Of a stretch of 64,000 nucleotides of DNA, positions 46,153 through 57,376 are shown one piece after another. The stretch covers positions 7,308 through 71,307 of the forward strand of contig CAZMGT010000009.1 of NCBI GenBank assembly GCA_964565895.1, written 5' to 3'. Both the position numbers and the translations under genes were made by a program. The stretch's first letter is position 1, and every line of letters starts with the position of its first letter. The notes below the pieces were generated by a model. The model made no database searches. It was not told the DNA's origin and worked only from the letters and a program-made list of their open reading frames with translations. The DNA comes from an uncultured Armatimonadia bacterium. GTDB taxonomy: Bacteria; Armatimonadota; Zipacnadia; UBA1398; CAZMGT01.

Positions 46153-47556
46153 TCACGAAGCCGCGCGTAGCGCTTGTTTAAAGCCCTCTACGTCTACCAG
46201 CATGTCCGTGATTACCGTGCTGTCCGAGGCGCGTAGGTTGGGAAACCGCGTGAAAATCGTCTTCCCCCCAACGCGAATCTCACAATAACCCCCGACAAAC
46301 AAAAGCTCCCGACCCTCGCGTGTAACCAGCGTCAGGTCCGATGTGCCGTCTATCCGCCGGTTCTCAGTCCAGTAATATGGGTTTATCGCCAGGCTCTGCA
46401 GCTCCCGGCGCATCTTTTGCACAAGCTCCTCGGGATAGCGAAACACCAACCCCGCGGCCGCGGCCAACTCGCTCAGCCGGGCAACCAATACCCCCTCCTC
46501 GCCCACGCGCCGCGCCTGCACTTGCCTGCCGAAAAGCTCAACCCGCTCCTCCTTCCCCTCAGCCCACGCCCGCACATAGCGCACCCTCTCGCAGATCTTC
46601 CTCCCCAGCTCCTCGATCAGCTCCACCATCTGCTCCTCGGTTAGCTCTCCCCCCAAGTCCGTCACGTCCATCTCGACATGCACATTGCCACAGTGGAACT
46701 CTAAGATCTTCGAGCGCGGCCACCACTGCCTCGAGCTCGGAAACGTGACCCAGCACGCACCGTCGCCGACAATTGGCTTGCCATCCTTTGTCGCCGGCAC
46801 GGGAACCGGTTTCACCTGGCTCAAGCGAAAGCGGACGAACGCCTCTAAAGAATCTTTCCCCTCCTCGTCGTCGGCCAGCACGTGGGTGTTCAATGAGACA
46901 CCGAAGCGCGAGTTGTATTTCGATTGCCGAGTTTCGTGAAGCACAGAGGAGAAAATCATGGAGGAGCATCCTCCAAGACTCGTTCCGCGCAGATCTCTGT
47001 CCACTAAAAGCAACGCCAGGCGGGGCATCTCGCGCTGCAACCTGCTTAGCTGCCACGGCTCGATAAGCGCTTGCTTAGCAATCCGGTTCAACCGCTTTCT
47101 CCTAGGGTCTGGACGCACGGCGGGAAGCCGCGGCTTGCCCACGGGCGCAAAGCTCACAATCAGCCTCCCCGCCTCGTTGGGCATTAAATACCACCGATAC
47201 TTCGTCCGATCGCGCAGCTCCCGCGGCGCATCCTCCGGCGGGGGAACCTCCTTCCACTGCGGCGGCGGCCATGGACCGTCCGAGCGCACCGCCTCGTTAT
47301 ACGTCGGCCCCAGCGTCCTCCGCCGCACCTCCGGGTCCATCGTCGGCTCCGGCGTGGGCGGATTTGCCGCCCTCGCGCGAAACTCCCGCTCTGCCTCGCG
47401 CAGCTTGCGCGCCAGCTCGTCCCCCTCGCGGTCTAGCGCAGTAATCGCCGCTCCCGCGCTGCGCGAGGGCACTACCCCTCCCAGCAACACAAACACCACA
47501 GCGCCAAGCAGGGCAACCGCCCCACCCGCCCGCAGCACGCTATAAGCCCGAAGCAT
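46153..47556 (-). CDS. Hypothetical N-terminally membrane-anchored protein
   Basis: 467 aa. Single N-terminal TM (AVALLGAVVFVLLGGVV), then a Pro-rich spacer and a large soluble domain. No family recognised. Confidence 0.4.
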   Translation of the reverse strand: MLRAYSVLRAGGAVALLGAVVFVLLGGVVPSRSAGAAITALDREGDELARKLREAEREFRARAANPPTPEPTMDPEVRRRTLGPTYNEAVRSDGPWPPPQWKEVPPPEDAPRELRDRTKYRWYLMPNEAGRLIVSFAPVGKPRLPAVRPDPRRKRLNRIAKQALIEPWQLSRLQREMPRLALLLVDRDLRGTSLGGCSSMIFSSVLHETRQSKYNSRFGVSLNTHVLADDEEGKDSLEAFVRFRLSQVKPVPVPATKDGKPIVGDGACWVTFPSSRQWWPRSKILEFHCGNVHVEMDVTDLGGELTEEQMVELIEELGRKICERVRYVRAWAEGKEERVELFGRQVQARRVGEEGVLVARLSELAAAAGLVFRYPEELVQKMRRELQSLAINPYYWTENRRIDGTSDLTLVTREGRELLFVGGYCEIRVGGKTIFTRFPNLRASDSTVITDMLVDVEGFKQALRAAS

Positions 47557-48243
47557 CGCCCCACCCCCGTTTGCCTAAAGCGCGCCTGCGCCCGCCACTC
47601 TCCTCGGCGCAGGTGAGCAGGCCGCGCGTTGGCGGTTACTATGTGTTCGCCCCAGGGGGCGCAAAGAGGGACGATCTCCGCGAGAAGGCGCGGTATTAGC
47701 GCGGTGTGTGGACCCTAAGCGGCTGCTGCGTGCAGAGCAGAGGGGAACGACGTGGGGCGCGCGGCGCGCGCAGGTCTTCCCTTCGCCAAGCTGGCGCGTG
47801 CGGGAGTGGGAGCCTAAAGCTCTTACGCTAATAAACAGGCCCTCCGTGTCGCCCTCGCCATAACAAAATACGCCCATATTCCGTCCCCCCGGCGGTCGCC
47901 GCGCATTGTACTTTAGGCGGGTGACCTCAGTCAATCTCTCTGTTCGCTTCGCGCTTAGCTTCGGCCGATGCTGGACTAATGCTCAACAGCGGCGGTCTCT
48001 TGGCCGCGTTGTCGGCCGTCCCGTGCGCGCTGGTTTAGCGCGGAGACCGGGCGAGGATGGGGCCGTAGGCGGTGCAACCGGAGCGCGTGCTTCTATGAAA
48101 AGCAGGAGACAGGCCTGGGCCGAAGCGGCGTGTTCTTCAAAGCCCGCGGCTGGCCCGTGGGCGTGCCGGCGACGTCGGCGCGAAGCGCCGCGGTGGTTGC
48201 GCGGGGGCGCTTGGGCGAGCAGCCGAGGCCGCCGGCGGCGCGG

Positions 48244-48272
48244 TTGACAGTGCGGGGGAATATCTCTACAAT
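48244..48272 (+). promoter_or_regulatory. Consensus sigma70-type promoter of the ATP synthase operon
   Basis: TTGACA (48244-48249), 17-bp spacer, TACAAT (48267-48272). The atpZ ATG at 48295 is ~16 nt downstream of the predicted TSS. Confidence 0.6.
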
Positions 48273-48294
48273 CCCCGGGTTGTGGGGGCCCGCC

Positions 48295-48546
48295 ATGGGC
48301 AAAGGCGAGGACGAGGGTCGTGGTGGGCGGCGCTGGAGCCGGGCCCTGGAGGCGATCTCCCTCGGGCCATATTTCGGCGCCTGCTTGCTCATCGGTTTTC
48401 TCGGCGGGTCCTATGTGGACAAGCGCTTGGGGCTTAGCGTGCCATGGTTTACCATCGCTGGCGTGCTGCTCGGCTCGGCTGCCGGTTTTCGGCAGCTATT
48501 TCTGTTTGCCTCGCGCATCGGTAACGACCGCACGGGGAAGAAATAG
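48295..48546 (+). CDS. atpZ: AtpZ/AtpI-like small membrane protein preceding the F0 genes
   Basis: 83 aa. GPYFGACLLIGFLGGSYVDKRLGLSVPWFTIAGVLLGSAAGF matches the AtpZ two-TM consensus (GyWLDr...pWft...lG...G). The start is set by promoter position. The ORF-track start at 48130 lies upstream of the promoter. Confidence 0.7.
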   Translation: MGKGEDEGRGGRRWSRALEAISLGPYFGACLLIGFLGGSYVDKRLGLSVPWFTIAGVLLGSAAGFRQLFLFASRIGNDRTGKK

Positions 48547-48592
48547 GCGCGCCCGCGGGCGCGCGCCGGGCGGCCGTCGGGAGGACCTCTCG

Positions 48593-49051
48593 TTGGCCCG
48601 CGAGGAGAACCTCATCCGCCGCACGTTCCGCACGACGATTTGGGTTTCGTTCGTGGGCGTTGTCGGGCTGGGCGCGCGGGGATATGACTGGCCGATTTAC
48701 GGGGGCTATGCCGCGGGGGTGGCTCTGGGGCTGGGCTCGCTGCGCTTGCTTGAGGCGACGGCGGCGCGGGCCATGCGCGCGCGCGAGGGGAGGCTTGCCG
48801 GGCTTGTCGTGGGCGGGGCGACGGTGGTGAAAATTCCGGCGCTCCTGGGCATTGTTTACCTTCTGAGTGTTTACGCGCGGTTTAATCCTATCGCCGTTGT
48901 TGTAGGCATTTGCATGCCCGCCGCGGTTATCGTGCTAAAGATCGCCGGCGCGGCGATACGGTTTGGCCGGCCTGCCCCGGGCGACAAGGGAGCGGGCGCC
49001 GCGGAGGAGAAGGTCAATAAGCAAACCAGGCGCGCTGGCGACGGCTGCTGA
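48593..49051 (+). CDS. atpI: ATP synthase protein I (AtpI-like hydrophobic protein)
   Basis: TTG start 7 nt after GGGAGGA. Product has ~4 TM helices and sits between atpZ and atpB as in many atp operons. Family assignment is by position and hydrophobicity. Confidence 0.5.
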   Translation: MAREENLIRRTFRTTIWVSFVGVVGLGARGYDWPIYGGYAAGVALGLGSLRLLEATAARAMRAREGRLAGLVVGGATVVKIPALLGIVYLLSVYARFNPIAVVVGICMPAAVIVLKIAGAAIRFGRPAPGDKGAGAAEEKVNKQTRRAGDGC

Positions 49052-49121
49052 GCGCGGGCGCTAAACGGCGCGGGGGCCGCCGCCGGCGCGCTGAGATTGT
49101 CTTTTCGCGGGCTAAAGGACG

Positions 49122-50069
49122 ATGGACCAGGCACTGGCCGAACAAAGCGCAGGAACGCTCATCGCCGAGCTGCATGAGGGGACGTATATCATCCGCAGCG
49201 CGGCGGGGGCCGCCCTGGGCGCCGGGCAAGGCGAGGGGACCGCGCAGGCGGCGGAGGAGCACGTGGGGCACGGCTCGTGGCTTAACCCGGTGGCCGAGAA
49301 GATCGGCTTGCCCCCGTTTGTGTTGTGGACGTGGGTTGCCGCGGCGCTGCTGCTTGCGCTGAGCATTGCGGGAACGCGCCGGCTTAAGCGGATTCCCGAG
49401 CGCGGCTTGGGCGGGTTGCTCGAGCTGGTCGTGGACGCGCTAATCAAATTCACACAGACCGCTCTCCCTCGCGATGCGCAGCGGCACGCGCCGTTTATTG
49501 GCACGCTGTTCATCTTCATTTTGGTGTGCAACCTAATGGGCATCGTCCCCGGGGCGATCTCGCCCACGGGCACGGAGCGCCTAGGGCTAAACACCACCGT
49601 TGCCCTGGCCATGATGGCGTTTCTTTACACGCAATACTGGGGATTTCGCACGCACGGGCTGGGCTATGTGAAGCATTTTATCGGCGAGCCGTGGTGGCTG
49701 TTTATGATAAACATTCCCGTGCATATAATCGGGGAGCTCGCCCGGCCCGTCTCCCTGGCCGTTCGACTATATGGGAACGTGGGCGGGGAGGACAAGATTT
49801 TGCTTGTTCTCGCCGGGCTGTGGATTATCGGGACAAACCCCCAAACGTCGGCCGGGGGGCTTTCCGTAACAGGGGACAGCGGGTGGTTTCCCGGCGGGGT
49901 GTTTTTGCATTTTCCGCTAACGTGCTTTGCCGTGTTTACGGCGTTTTTGCAAGCGCTGGTGTTTGCCGCGCTAACCTGCGCCTATGTCGCTGGGGCAACG
50001 GAGGCGCACCGCGAGATGGCGGAGGAGCGCGAGGAGGGCACAGCGGCCGAGGCGCAGGCCGCGGCGTAA
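49122..50069 (+). CDS. atpB: F0F1 ATP synthase subunit a
   Basis: FIFILVCNLMG...LAVRLYGNVGGE (conserved Arg on penultimate helix) in a 5-TM layout. AAAGGA Shine-Dalgarno. Confidence 0.85.
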   Translation: MDQALAEQSAGTLIAELHEGTYIIRSAAGAALGAGQGEGTAQAAEEHVGHGSWLNPVAEKIGLPPFVLWTWVAAALLLALSIAGTRRLKRIPERGLGGLLELVVDALIKFTQTALPRDAQRHAPFIGTLFIFILVCNLMGIVPGAISPTGTERLGLNTTVALAMMAFLYTQYWGFRTHGLGYVKHFIGEPWWLFMINIPVHIIGELARPVSLAVRLYGNVGGEDKILLVLAGLWIIGTNPQTSAGGLSVTGDSGWFPGGVFLHFPLTCFAVFTAFLQALVFAALTCAYVAGATEAHREMAEEREEGTAAEAQAAA

Positions 50070-50108
50070 GCAGTGGATGACGCGCAAGGAACAGGAAGGA
50101 GGAGGCAA

Positions 50109-50393
50109 TTGACTTACCTAGCTTGCCTTGCTCTGGTCACAGGATTGGGGCTGCCCCTTGCCGTTCTCTCCGCAGCGGCCGCGCAGGGGCGGGCCTCCGC
50201 CGCGGCGTTTGAGGGCATCGCCCGCCAACCGGAAAAGGCGGCCGATATCCGGGGAACGCTGATCATCGCCCTGGCGCTGATCGAGTCCCTGGTAATCTAC
50301 TCCCTGCTGATGTTCTTTTTGCTGTGGATTAAGCTGCCGCCGAGCTGGGAAGAGATTAAGGCGGTGATCGAGAAGGCCGCGGGGGCGGGCTAG
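50109..50393 (+). CDS. atpE: F0F1 ATP synthase subunit c
   Basis: GIARQPE loop motif and ion-binding helix LALIESLVIYSLL (Glu). TTG start after AGGAAGGAGGAGG. The ORF-track start at 50073 is also possible. Confidence 0.8.
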   Translation: MTYLACLALVTGLGLPLAVLSAAAAQGRASAAAFEGIARQPEKAADIRGTLIIALALIESLVIYSLLMFFLLWIKLPPSWEEIKAVIEKAAGAG

Positions 50394-50443
50394 CGCCGCT
50401 TTTTGCACCCGCCTTGCCCCGGCCTGCGAGGGGAGCGCCTGCC

Positions 50444-50953
50444 GTGTCCCAGATCCTCGACGCTCTGGGGCTCGAGCCCCGCATTGTACTGGTTCAGGCG
50501 ATCTCGTTCGTCCTGCTCTACCTGCTGCTTAAGCGCTTTTTGTTCGGCCCGATAATGGGCATGATGGACCGGCGGAACGAGGAGATCGCCGCGCGCCTGC
50601 GCAACGCCGAGGAGCACGAGAAGCAAATGCACGCCCTGCGCGAGCAGTATGAGCGGCGCATTGCGCAGATCGAAAGCGAAGCGCGGGACATGATCCAGGA
50701 GGCGACACGGCGCGCGCACGAGGCGCGCGATGAGATCATCGCGGAGGCGCGGGCGAAGGCGCAGGAGATGATCGCCCGGGCGCAGACGGAGATCGAGCGC
50801 GAGCTGGACAAGGCGCGCATTGCCCTGCGCGGGGAGATCGCCGAGCTTGCCGTGAGCGGGGCGCGGCAGATCCTGGACCGGGAGCTGCGCAGGGAAGACC
50901 ACGAGCGGTTTGTCGAGCAATACATTAAGGAGATCGAGGAGCGGCGAAGTTGA
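50444..50953 (+). CDS. atpF: F0F1 ATP synthase subunit b
   Basis: N-terminal TM (IVLVQAISFVLLYLLLKRFLF) then long charged coiled coil. GTG after GAGGGGAG. The 5' end is uncertain; the ORF-track TTG is at 50414. Confidence 0.75.
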   Translation: MSQILDALGLEPRIVLVQAISFVLLYLLLKRFLFGPIMGMMDRRNEEIAARLRNAEEHEKQMHALREQYERRIAQIESEARDMIQEATRRAHEARDEIIAEARAKAQEMIARAQTEIERELDKARIALRGEIAELAVSGARQILDRELRREDHERFVEQYIKEIEERRS

Positions 50954-51507
50954 CAGTCGGCTCGCGAGTGGCCCGGCGCTACGCAGCGGCCCTGTTTCGC
51001 GCGGCGCTCGACCGCGGCCAGGTGCCCCAGGTGTTCGAGGAGCTAAAGCGCCTGCGCGAGCTCATCGATTCTCTGCCCGAGCTCGCCGAGGCGCTGTTCT
51101 CGCCCACCATTCGCCGGCCGGATAAGCACCGGGTAATCGACCGGCTGTTCGCAGAGAGCGCCTCGCCCCTTGTTCTGAGCTTTTTGCACCTATGCGTGGA
51201 AAAGCACCGGCCGGAAGTGATCGTCGAGGTGCTTGAGCCCTACGCCGAGCTGCGCGACGAGCACGAAAACGTCGCCCGGGCGACGATCGTTTGCGCGGTG
51301 GAGCTTACCGAGGAGCACAAGCAGCGGCTCGTTGCCGCGCTGGAGCGGTATACGGGCAAGCAGCTGGTCGTCCAGTTTCGCGTGGACCCTGGGGTTGTGG
51401 GCGGGGTTCTTGTCGTGGTCGGCGACACGGTGCTCGACGGCACCCTGCGCCAGGCGCTGGAGCAGATGCGCCAGCGGCTGCTCGCCGCGCCGGTAACCGT
51501 TCTCTGA
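50950..51507 (+). CDS. atpH: F0F1 ATP synthase subunit delta
   Basis: VARRYAAALF... is the OSCP/delta N-terminus. C-terminal G.V.GGV...GD...DGT. Start overlaps the atpF stop. Confidence 0.8.
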   Translation: MTVGSRVARRYAAALFRAALDRGQVPQVFEELKRLRELIDSLPELAEALFSPTIRRPDKHRVIDRLFAESASPLVLSFLHLCVEKHRPEVIVEVLEPYAELRDEHENVARATIVCAVELTEEHKQRLVAALERYTGKQLVVQFRVDPGVVGGVLVVVGDTVLDGTLRQALEQMRQRLLAAPVTVL

Positions 51508-51567
51508 AAGCGAGGGAACAGTTATACTTGGGCTTTTGGCAGTATGCCGCCGGCACGAGGTGAGAGT

Positions 51568-53145
51568 ATGGGCGTAAGACCGGACGAGGTTGCCGCGATC
51601 CTCCGCCAGGAGCTGGAGCAGTATCGCCGGACAATGGAGGAGGCGAGCGTGGGCACCGTCCTCCAGGTGGGCGACGGGATCGCCCGCGTGCATGGCCTGG
51701 CCGGGGCCATGGCCGGCGAGCTGCTCGAGTTTCCCCGTGGGATAATGGGCGTCGCGCTGAACCTTGAGGAGGACAACGTCGGCGTCATGCTGCTTAACAA
51801 CCCGGACGAGGTGAAAGAGGGCGACGAGGTGCGCACCACGGGGAAGATTATCCAAGTGCCCGTGGGCGAGGCGCTCGTGGGGCGCGTCGTTAACGCCCTG
51901 GGCCAGCCGCTAGACGGCAAGGGGCCCATCGCCGCCAAGGAATTCGCCCCCATCGAACGCCTGGCGCCCACCGTCGTCCAGCGCGAGAACGTGTGCGAGC
52001 CCCTGCAAACGGGGCTGAAGGCCATTGACTCGATGATCCCCATCGGCCGCGGCCAGCGCGAGCTGATTATCGGCGACCGCCAAACGGGCAAAACGGCCAT
52101 TGCCGTGGACACGATCATTAACCAGCGCGACACGGACGTTTACTGCATCTACGTGGCCATTGGGCAGAAGCAGAGCACCGTGCGCGAGGTCGTTAACACG
52201 TTCGAGCGCTACGGGGCGATGGAGTATACCATCGTCGTTATGGCCAACGCGAGCATGCCCGCGGCGCAGCAGTATATCGCGCCATATGCCGGCTGTGCCA
52301 TGGGCGAGTGGTTCCGCGACCGGGGGATGCACGCGCTGATTGTTTACGACGACCTGTCCAAGCACGCCCAGGCCTATCGGCAGATCTCGCTGCTTTTGCG
52401 CCGGCCGCCCGGGCGCGAGGCCTATCCCGGGGACATCTTTAACCTGCACTCGCGCCTGCTCGAGCGCGCGGCAAAGATGCACCGCGACTTGGGCGGCGGG
52501 TCGCTTACCGCGCTGCCCATTATCGAGACGCAAGCGGGCGACTATTCGGCGTATATCCCCACGAACGTAATCTCGATTACCGACGGGCAGATTTACCTCG
52601 AGCCGGACCTGTTCTACGAGGGCATTCGCCCGGCGATCAACGTGGGGATTTCCGTCTCGCGCGTAGGCTCTGAGGCGCAGAACAAGGCGATGAAGAAGGT
52701 CGCGGGCACGCTGCGCCTGGATTTGGCGCAGTATAACGAGGTCGCCGCGTTCGCCCAGTTTGCCGCGGACCTCGACCCCACCACGCGGGCCCAGCTCAAC
52801 CGCGGCAAGCACCTCTATGAGCTGCTTAAGCAGCCGCAATATGCCCCGATGCCCGTGTGGGACCAGGTGGTCGTTATCTTCGCCGGCGTTAACGGCCTGA
52901 CCGACGATCTAGAGTTGGAGCTCGTTAAGCCGTTTGAGCAGGAGCTGTTGAAGTGGATTCACGAGCGACACCCGGAGATCATGCGCGAGCTGCGCCAAAC
53001 GGAGGACCTGTCCGACGAGCTAAGCCAAGCGCTGGAGAAGGCGATTGTGGAGTTTAAGAAGGTATTTTTGGCGGCGCGGAGCGGTAAGGGGCAGCCAGTA
53101 GAGGCTGCCCAGGCCGCGGGCGACGGCGGGGAAGGTGGCGCATAG
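51568..53145 (+). CDS. atpA: F0F1 ATP synthase subunit alpha
   Basis: [11 protein letters not shown] Walker A, DDLSKHA, and the typical alpha N-terminus (ILRQELEQY...[14 protein letters not shown]). Confidence 0.95.
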   Translation: MGVRPDEVAAILRQELEQYRRTMEEASVGTVLQVGDGIARVHGLAGAMAGELLEFPRGIMGVALNLEEDNVGVMLLNNPDEVKEGDEVRTTGKIIQVPVGEALVGRVVNALGQPLDGKGPIAAKEFAPIERLAPTVVQRENVCEPLQTGLKAIDSMIPIGRGQRELIIGDRQTGKTAIAVDTIINQRDTDVYCIYVAIGQKQSTVREVVNTFERYGAMEYTIVVMANASMPAAQQYIAPYAGCAMGEWFRDRGMHALIVYDDLSKHAQAYRQISLLLRRPPGREAYPGDIFNLHSRLLERAAKMHRDLGGGSLTALPIIETQAGDYSAYIPTNVISITDGQIYLEPDLFYEGIRPAINVGISVSRVGSEAQNKAMKKVAGTLRLDLAQYNEVAAFAQFAADLDPTTRAQLNRGKHLYELLKQPQYAPMPVWDQVVVIFAGVNGLTDDLELELVKPFEQELLKWIHERHPEIMRELRQTEDLSDELSQALEKAIVEFKKVFLAARSGKGQPVEAAQAAGDGGEGGA

Positions 53146-54014
53146 TGCTTAGCACGCGGCTTATTCGCCGAAAAATTCGCTCGGTACAAAACATTAAGAA
53201 AATCACCGAGGCCATGCGCATGGTCGCCGCGGCGCGCCTGCGCCGCGTGCAAGACCGCGTGGCCGCGGGCCGGCCCTATGCCAACAAGATCGCGGAGATC
53301 GTCCACCGCGTGGCCAGCCACGCTGGGGAGATCGAGCACCCTCTGCTCGAGGTGCGCCGGCCGCCGGAGCGCGTGGCGCTTGTCGTGGTGACCTCCGAGC
53401 GGGGGCTGTGCGGGAGCTATAACGCAAACGTGCTGCGCGCCGCCGCCCGCCACGCGGAGAGCTTCGAAGCTCCCGTGGAGTATATCGTCGTAGGCCGCAA
53501 GGGGCGCGAGTATCTTGCGCGGCGCGGGTTTAGCATTATCGCCGCGTTCGAGGGCGTCACCCTGCACACCACGCCGCAGGAGATGAGCGCCATCGCGCAG
53601 AGCGTGCGCGGCGTCTACGAGGAAAAGCGCGTAGATGAGGTGCACCTGGTATATACGGAGTTCGTCTCCACGGTGGTCCACCGGCCGAAGATCGTTCCGT
53701 TTTTGCCGTTTGTCGCGCCGGCCGCGGAGGAGGGCGAGCTGGCCGCGGAGGTGGACTATCTTTTCGAGCCCGAGGCGCGCGAGCTGCTCGCCGCGCTCAT
53801 CCCGCGCTATGTGGATACGGAGATCTATCACATGCTGCTCGAGTCGCTGGCCAGCGAGCAGGCGGCGCGGATGCTCGCCATGAGCAATGCCTCAAACAAC
53901 GCCGAGGAAATGCTCCAGCAGCTTACCCTGACGTTCCACAAGGCGCGCCAAGCGGGAATTACGCGCGAGCTGCTGGAGGTCGTTGCCGGTGCCGAAGCGC
54001 TCAAGCAGTCCTAG
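53145..54014 (+). CDS. atpG: F0F1 ATP synthase subunit gamma
   Basis: IRRKIRSVQNIKKITEAMRMVAAARLRR is the canonical gamma N-terminus. C-terminal ITRELLEVVAGAEAL. GTG overlapping the atpA stop. Confidence 0.9.
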   Translation: MLSTRLIRRKIRSVQNIKKITEAMRMVAAARLRRVQDRVAAGRPYANKIAEIVHRVASHAGEIEHPLLEVRRPPERVALVVVTSERGLCGSYNANVLRAAARHAESFEAPVEYIVVGRKGREYLARRGFSIIAAFEGVTLHTTPQEMSAIAQSVRGVYEEKRVDEVHLVYTEFVSTVVHRPKIVPFLPFVAPAAEEGELAAEVDYLFEPEARELLAALIPRYVDTEIYHMLLESLASEQAARMLAMSNASNNAEEMLQQLTLTFHKARQAGITRELLEVVAGAEALKQS

Positions 54015-55463
<1,449 letters not shown>

Positions 55464-55512
55464 ACTTCGGCGAGGGGCGCTGCGTTGCAAAATTTGCCCC
55501 GGGAGAAGGGCG

Positions 55513-55920
55513 ATGCCAAAGCCGTTTCGCGTCGAGGTGGTTACCCGCGAGCGCCAGGTGCTCGACCGTCAGGTCGTCTCGCTCATTGCCCCGGCGCGCG
55601 AGGGCTACCTGGGGGTGATGGCCGGCCATACGCCGCTGATCGCCGAGCTTACCGTGGGCAAGCTTATCCTGCGCTATGAGAACGGACAAAGCGACGTCCT
55701 GGCGATTAGCGGAGGATTCCTCGAGGTTACCCCAGAACACACGATCGTCCTCGCCGAGGCGGCGGAATTTGCCCATGAGATCGACGTCGAGCGGGCAAGG
55801 CGGGCCCTGGAGCGCGCGCAACGCCGCCTGCGTGGGGAGTCCGAGGAGCAGGAGGTTGACTTCGCTCGGGCGCGAGCGGCGCTCATGCGTGCGATAAATA
55901 GGTTGCGCGTGGTATCGTAA
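55513..55920 (+). CDS. atpC: F0F1 ATP synthase subunit epsilon
   Basis: Beta-sandwich N-domain (RVEVVTRERQVLDRQVVSLIAPAREGYLGVMAGHTPL) plus C-terminal helical hairpin. Confidence 0.9.
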   Translation: MPKPFRVEVVTRERQVLDRQVVSLIAPAREGYLGVMAGHTPLIAELTVGKLILRYENGQSDVLAISGGFLEVTPEHTIVLAEAAEFAHEIDVERARRALERAQRRLRGESEEQEVDFARARAALMRAINRLRVVS

Positions 55921-55954
55921 AGAACTACCTTGTGCAGGAGAAAGGAGTTTTGGG

Positions 55955-57250
55955 TTGCAGCGGTTTTACATTCGCGGCGGAAGGCGGCTGAAGGGGCGCA
56001 TCTCCTGCCACGGGGGAAAGAACGCCGCGCTTGCGGTAATGGCCGCGAGCCTTGCCGTTGAGGGCAAAAGCGAGATCCGCAACGTTCCCCACACCCACGA
56101 TATCTACACCATGCTCTCCATCATGCAGCATCTCGGGGCGGAGGTGGAGCTGAGCCCCGACGGCGTGCTTACCGTAGACGCGGCGCGGCTCTCCGGCTAC
56201 AACGCCCCCTATGACCTGGTGCGCCGGATGCGCGGCTCGTTCCACGTCGCGGGGGCGCTGCTCGGGCGTTTTGGGCGGGCGAACGTCGCCCTGCCCGGAG
56301 GCTGTGTCATTGGCTCGCGCCCCGTAGACTTGCACATCCGCGGGTTTCAGGCGATGGGCGCCGACGTGCGCATTGCCCACGGGGAGATGATCGCCCGGGC
56401 GATTCGCCTCCACGGGGGCCACGTGGAGCTGGACAGGAAGTTCTGCAGCGTGGGGGCGACGATCAACATCCTCCTCGCCGCCGTGCTCGCCCGCGGGGAG
56501 ACGACGATCGACTTCGCCTCGCGCGACCCAGACGTGGTGCAGTGCGCGGAGTTTCTGCGCGCCGCGGGGGCGGAGATCGACGGCTTGGGCACACACCACC
56601 TGCGCATCCGCGGGGTAGACCGCCTGCACGGGGTGCGCTATACGATTAGCGGGGACAGAATCGAAGCGGGGACGTTTCTCATCGCCGCGGCGATGACCGG
56701 CGGCGACGTTACCGTAGACAACTTTAACCCCGAGCACCTGGCGCGCGTGCTAGACAAGCTCGACGAGGCGGGAATGGACATTACCGTGGGCGAGGACAGC
56801 GTGCGCTTGCGCGCGCGACGCAGGCCCCTGCCCGTGGACCTGGAAACCGCGCCGTATCCCGGCTTCCCCACCGATCTACAGCCGCCCATGGTCGCCATGG
56901 CGAGCATTGCCGAGGGGAAGAGCTTTTTGCACGAAACGATCTTCGAGGGCCGGCTGACGTACATCGACGAGCTCACGCGAATGGGCGCCCAGATTCGCAG
57001 CTTAGACGGCCGCACGGCAATCATCACAGGTGTTAAGCGACTGAGCGGAGCGCGCGTGGTGGCCACCGATCTGCGCGCGGGAGCGGCGCTGGTGCTCGCC
57101 GGGCTCGTCGCCGAGGGGGAGACGGAGGTAGAGGGCGTGGAGAACATCGACCGGGGCTATGTACGGCTGGAGGAGAAGCTCCGCAAGCTGGGCGCCAATA
57201 TCTCCCGCATCGATCTCTCGGACCGGAGGGCGAACCTGAGCATCGCATAA
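55955..57250 (+). CDS. murA: UDP-N-acetylglucosamine 1-carboxyvinyltransferase
   Basis: GGKNAALAVMAASLAVEG... and the catalytic-Cys loop GCVIGSRPVDLHIRG. TTG start 7 nt after AAAGGAG. Confidence 0.9.
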   Translation: MQRFYIRGGRRLKGRISCHGGKNAALAVMAASLAVEGKSEIRNVPHTHDIYTMLSIMQHLGAEVELSPDGVLTVDAARLSGYNAPYDLVRRMRGSFHVAGALLGRFGRANVALPGGCVIGSRPVDLHIRGFQAMGADVRIAHGEMIARAIRLHGGHVELDRKFCSVGATINILLAAVLARGETTIDFASRDPDVVQCAEFLRAAGAEIDGLGTHHLRIRGVDRLHGVRYTISGDRIEAGTFLIAAAMTGGDVTVDNFNPEHLARVLDKLDEAGMDITVGEDSVRLRARRRPLPVDLETAPYPGFPTDLQPPMVAMASIAEGKSFLHETIFEGRLTYIDELTRMGAQIRSLDGRTAIITGVKRLSGARVVATDLRAGAALVLAGLVAEGETEVEGVENIDRGYVRLEEKLRKLGANISRIDLSDRRANLSIA

Positions 57251-57376
57251 CGCAGCTACTCCCAACGCCACGAGCTGGAGGTAAAGAGATCGCGCCGCGC
57301 CGCTGTACGGCGGGCGCGTGCCTTGCATATGGACGACAAACGCCAGGGTTCTGCGCGCTGGGGCAGGGACGGGTGG

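Noticed and set aside
47575-47934. 119-aa minus-strand ORF in the long gap upstream of the atp operon
   Set aside because: The translation (Arg/Ser/Pro/Gly-rich) looks non-genic, and there is no Shine-Dalgarno. It is kept only as part of the 'long non-coding gap' observation.
48130-48546. ORF-track start at 48130 for the atpZ gene
   Set aside because: The extended 5' part spans the TTGACA-17-TACAAT promoter itself and translates to Ala/Arg/Pro junk. The AtpZ-like sequence begins at ATG 48295, just downstream of the promoter.
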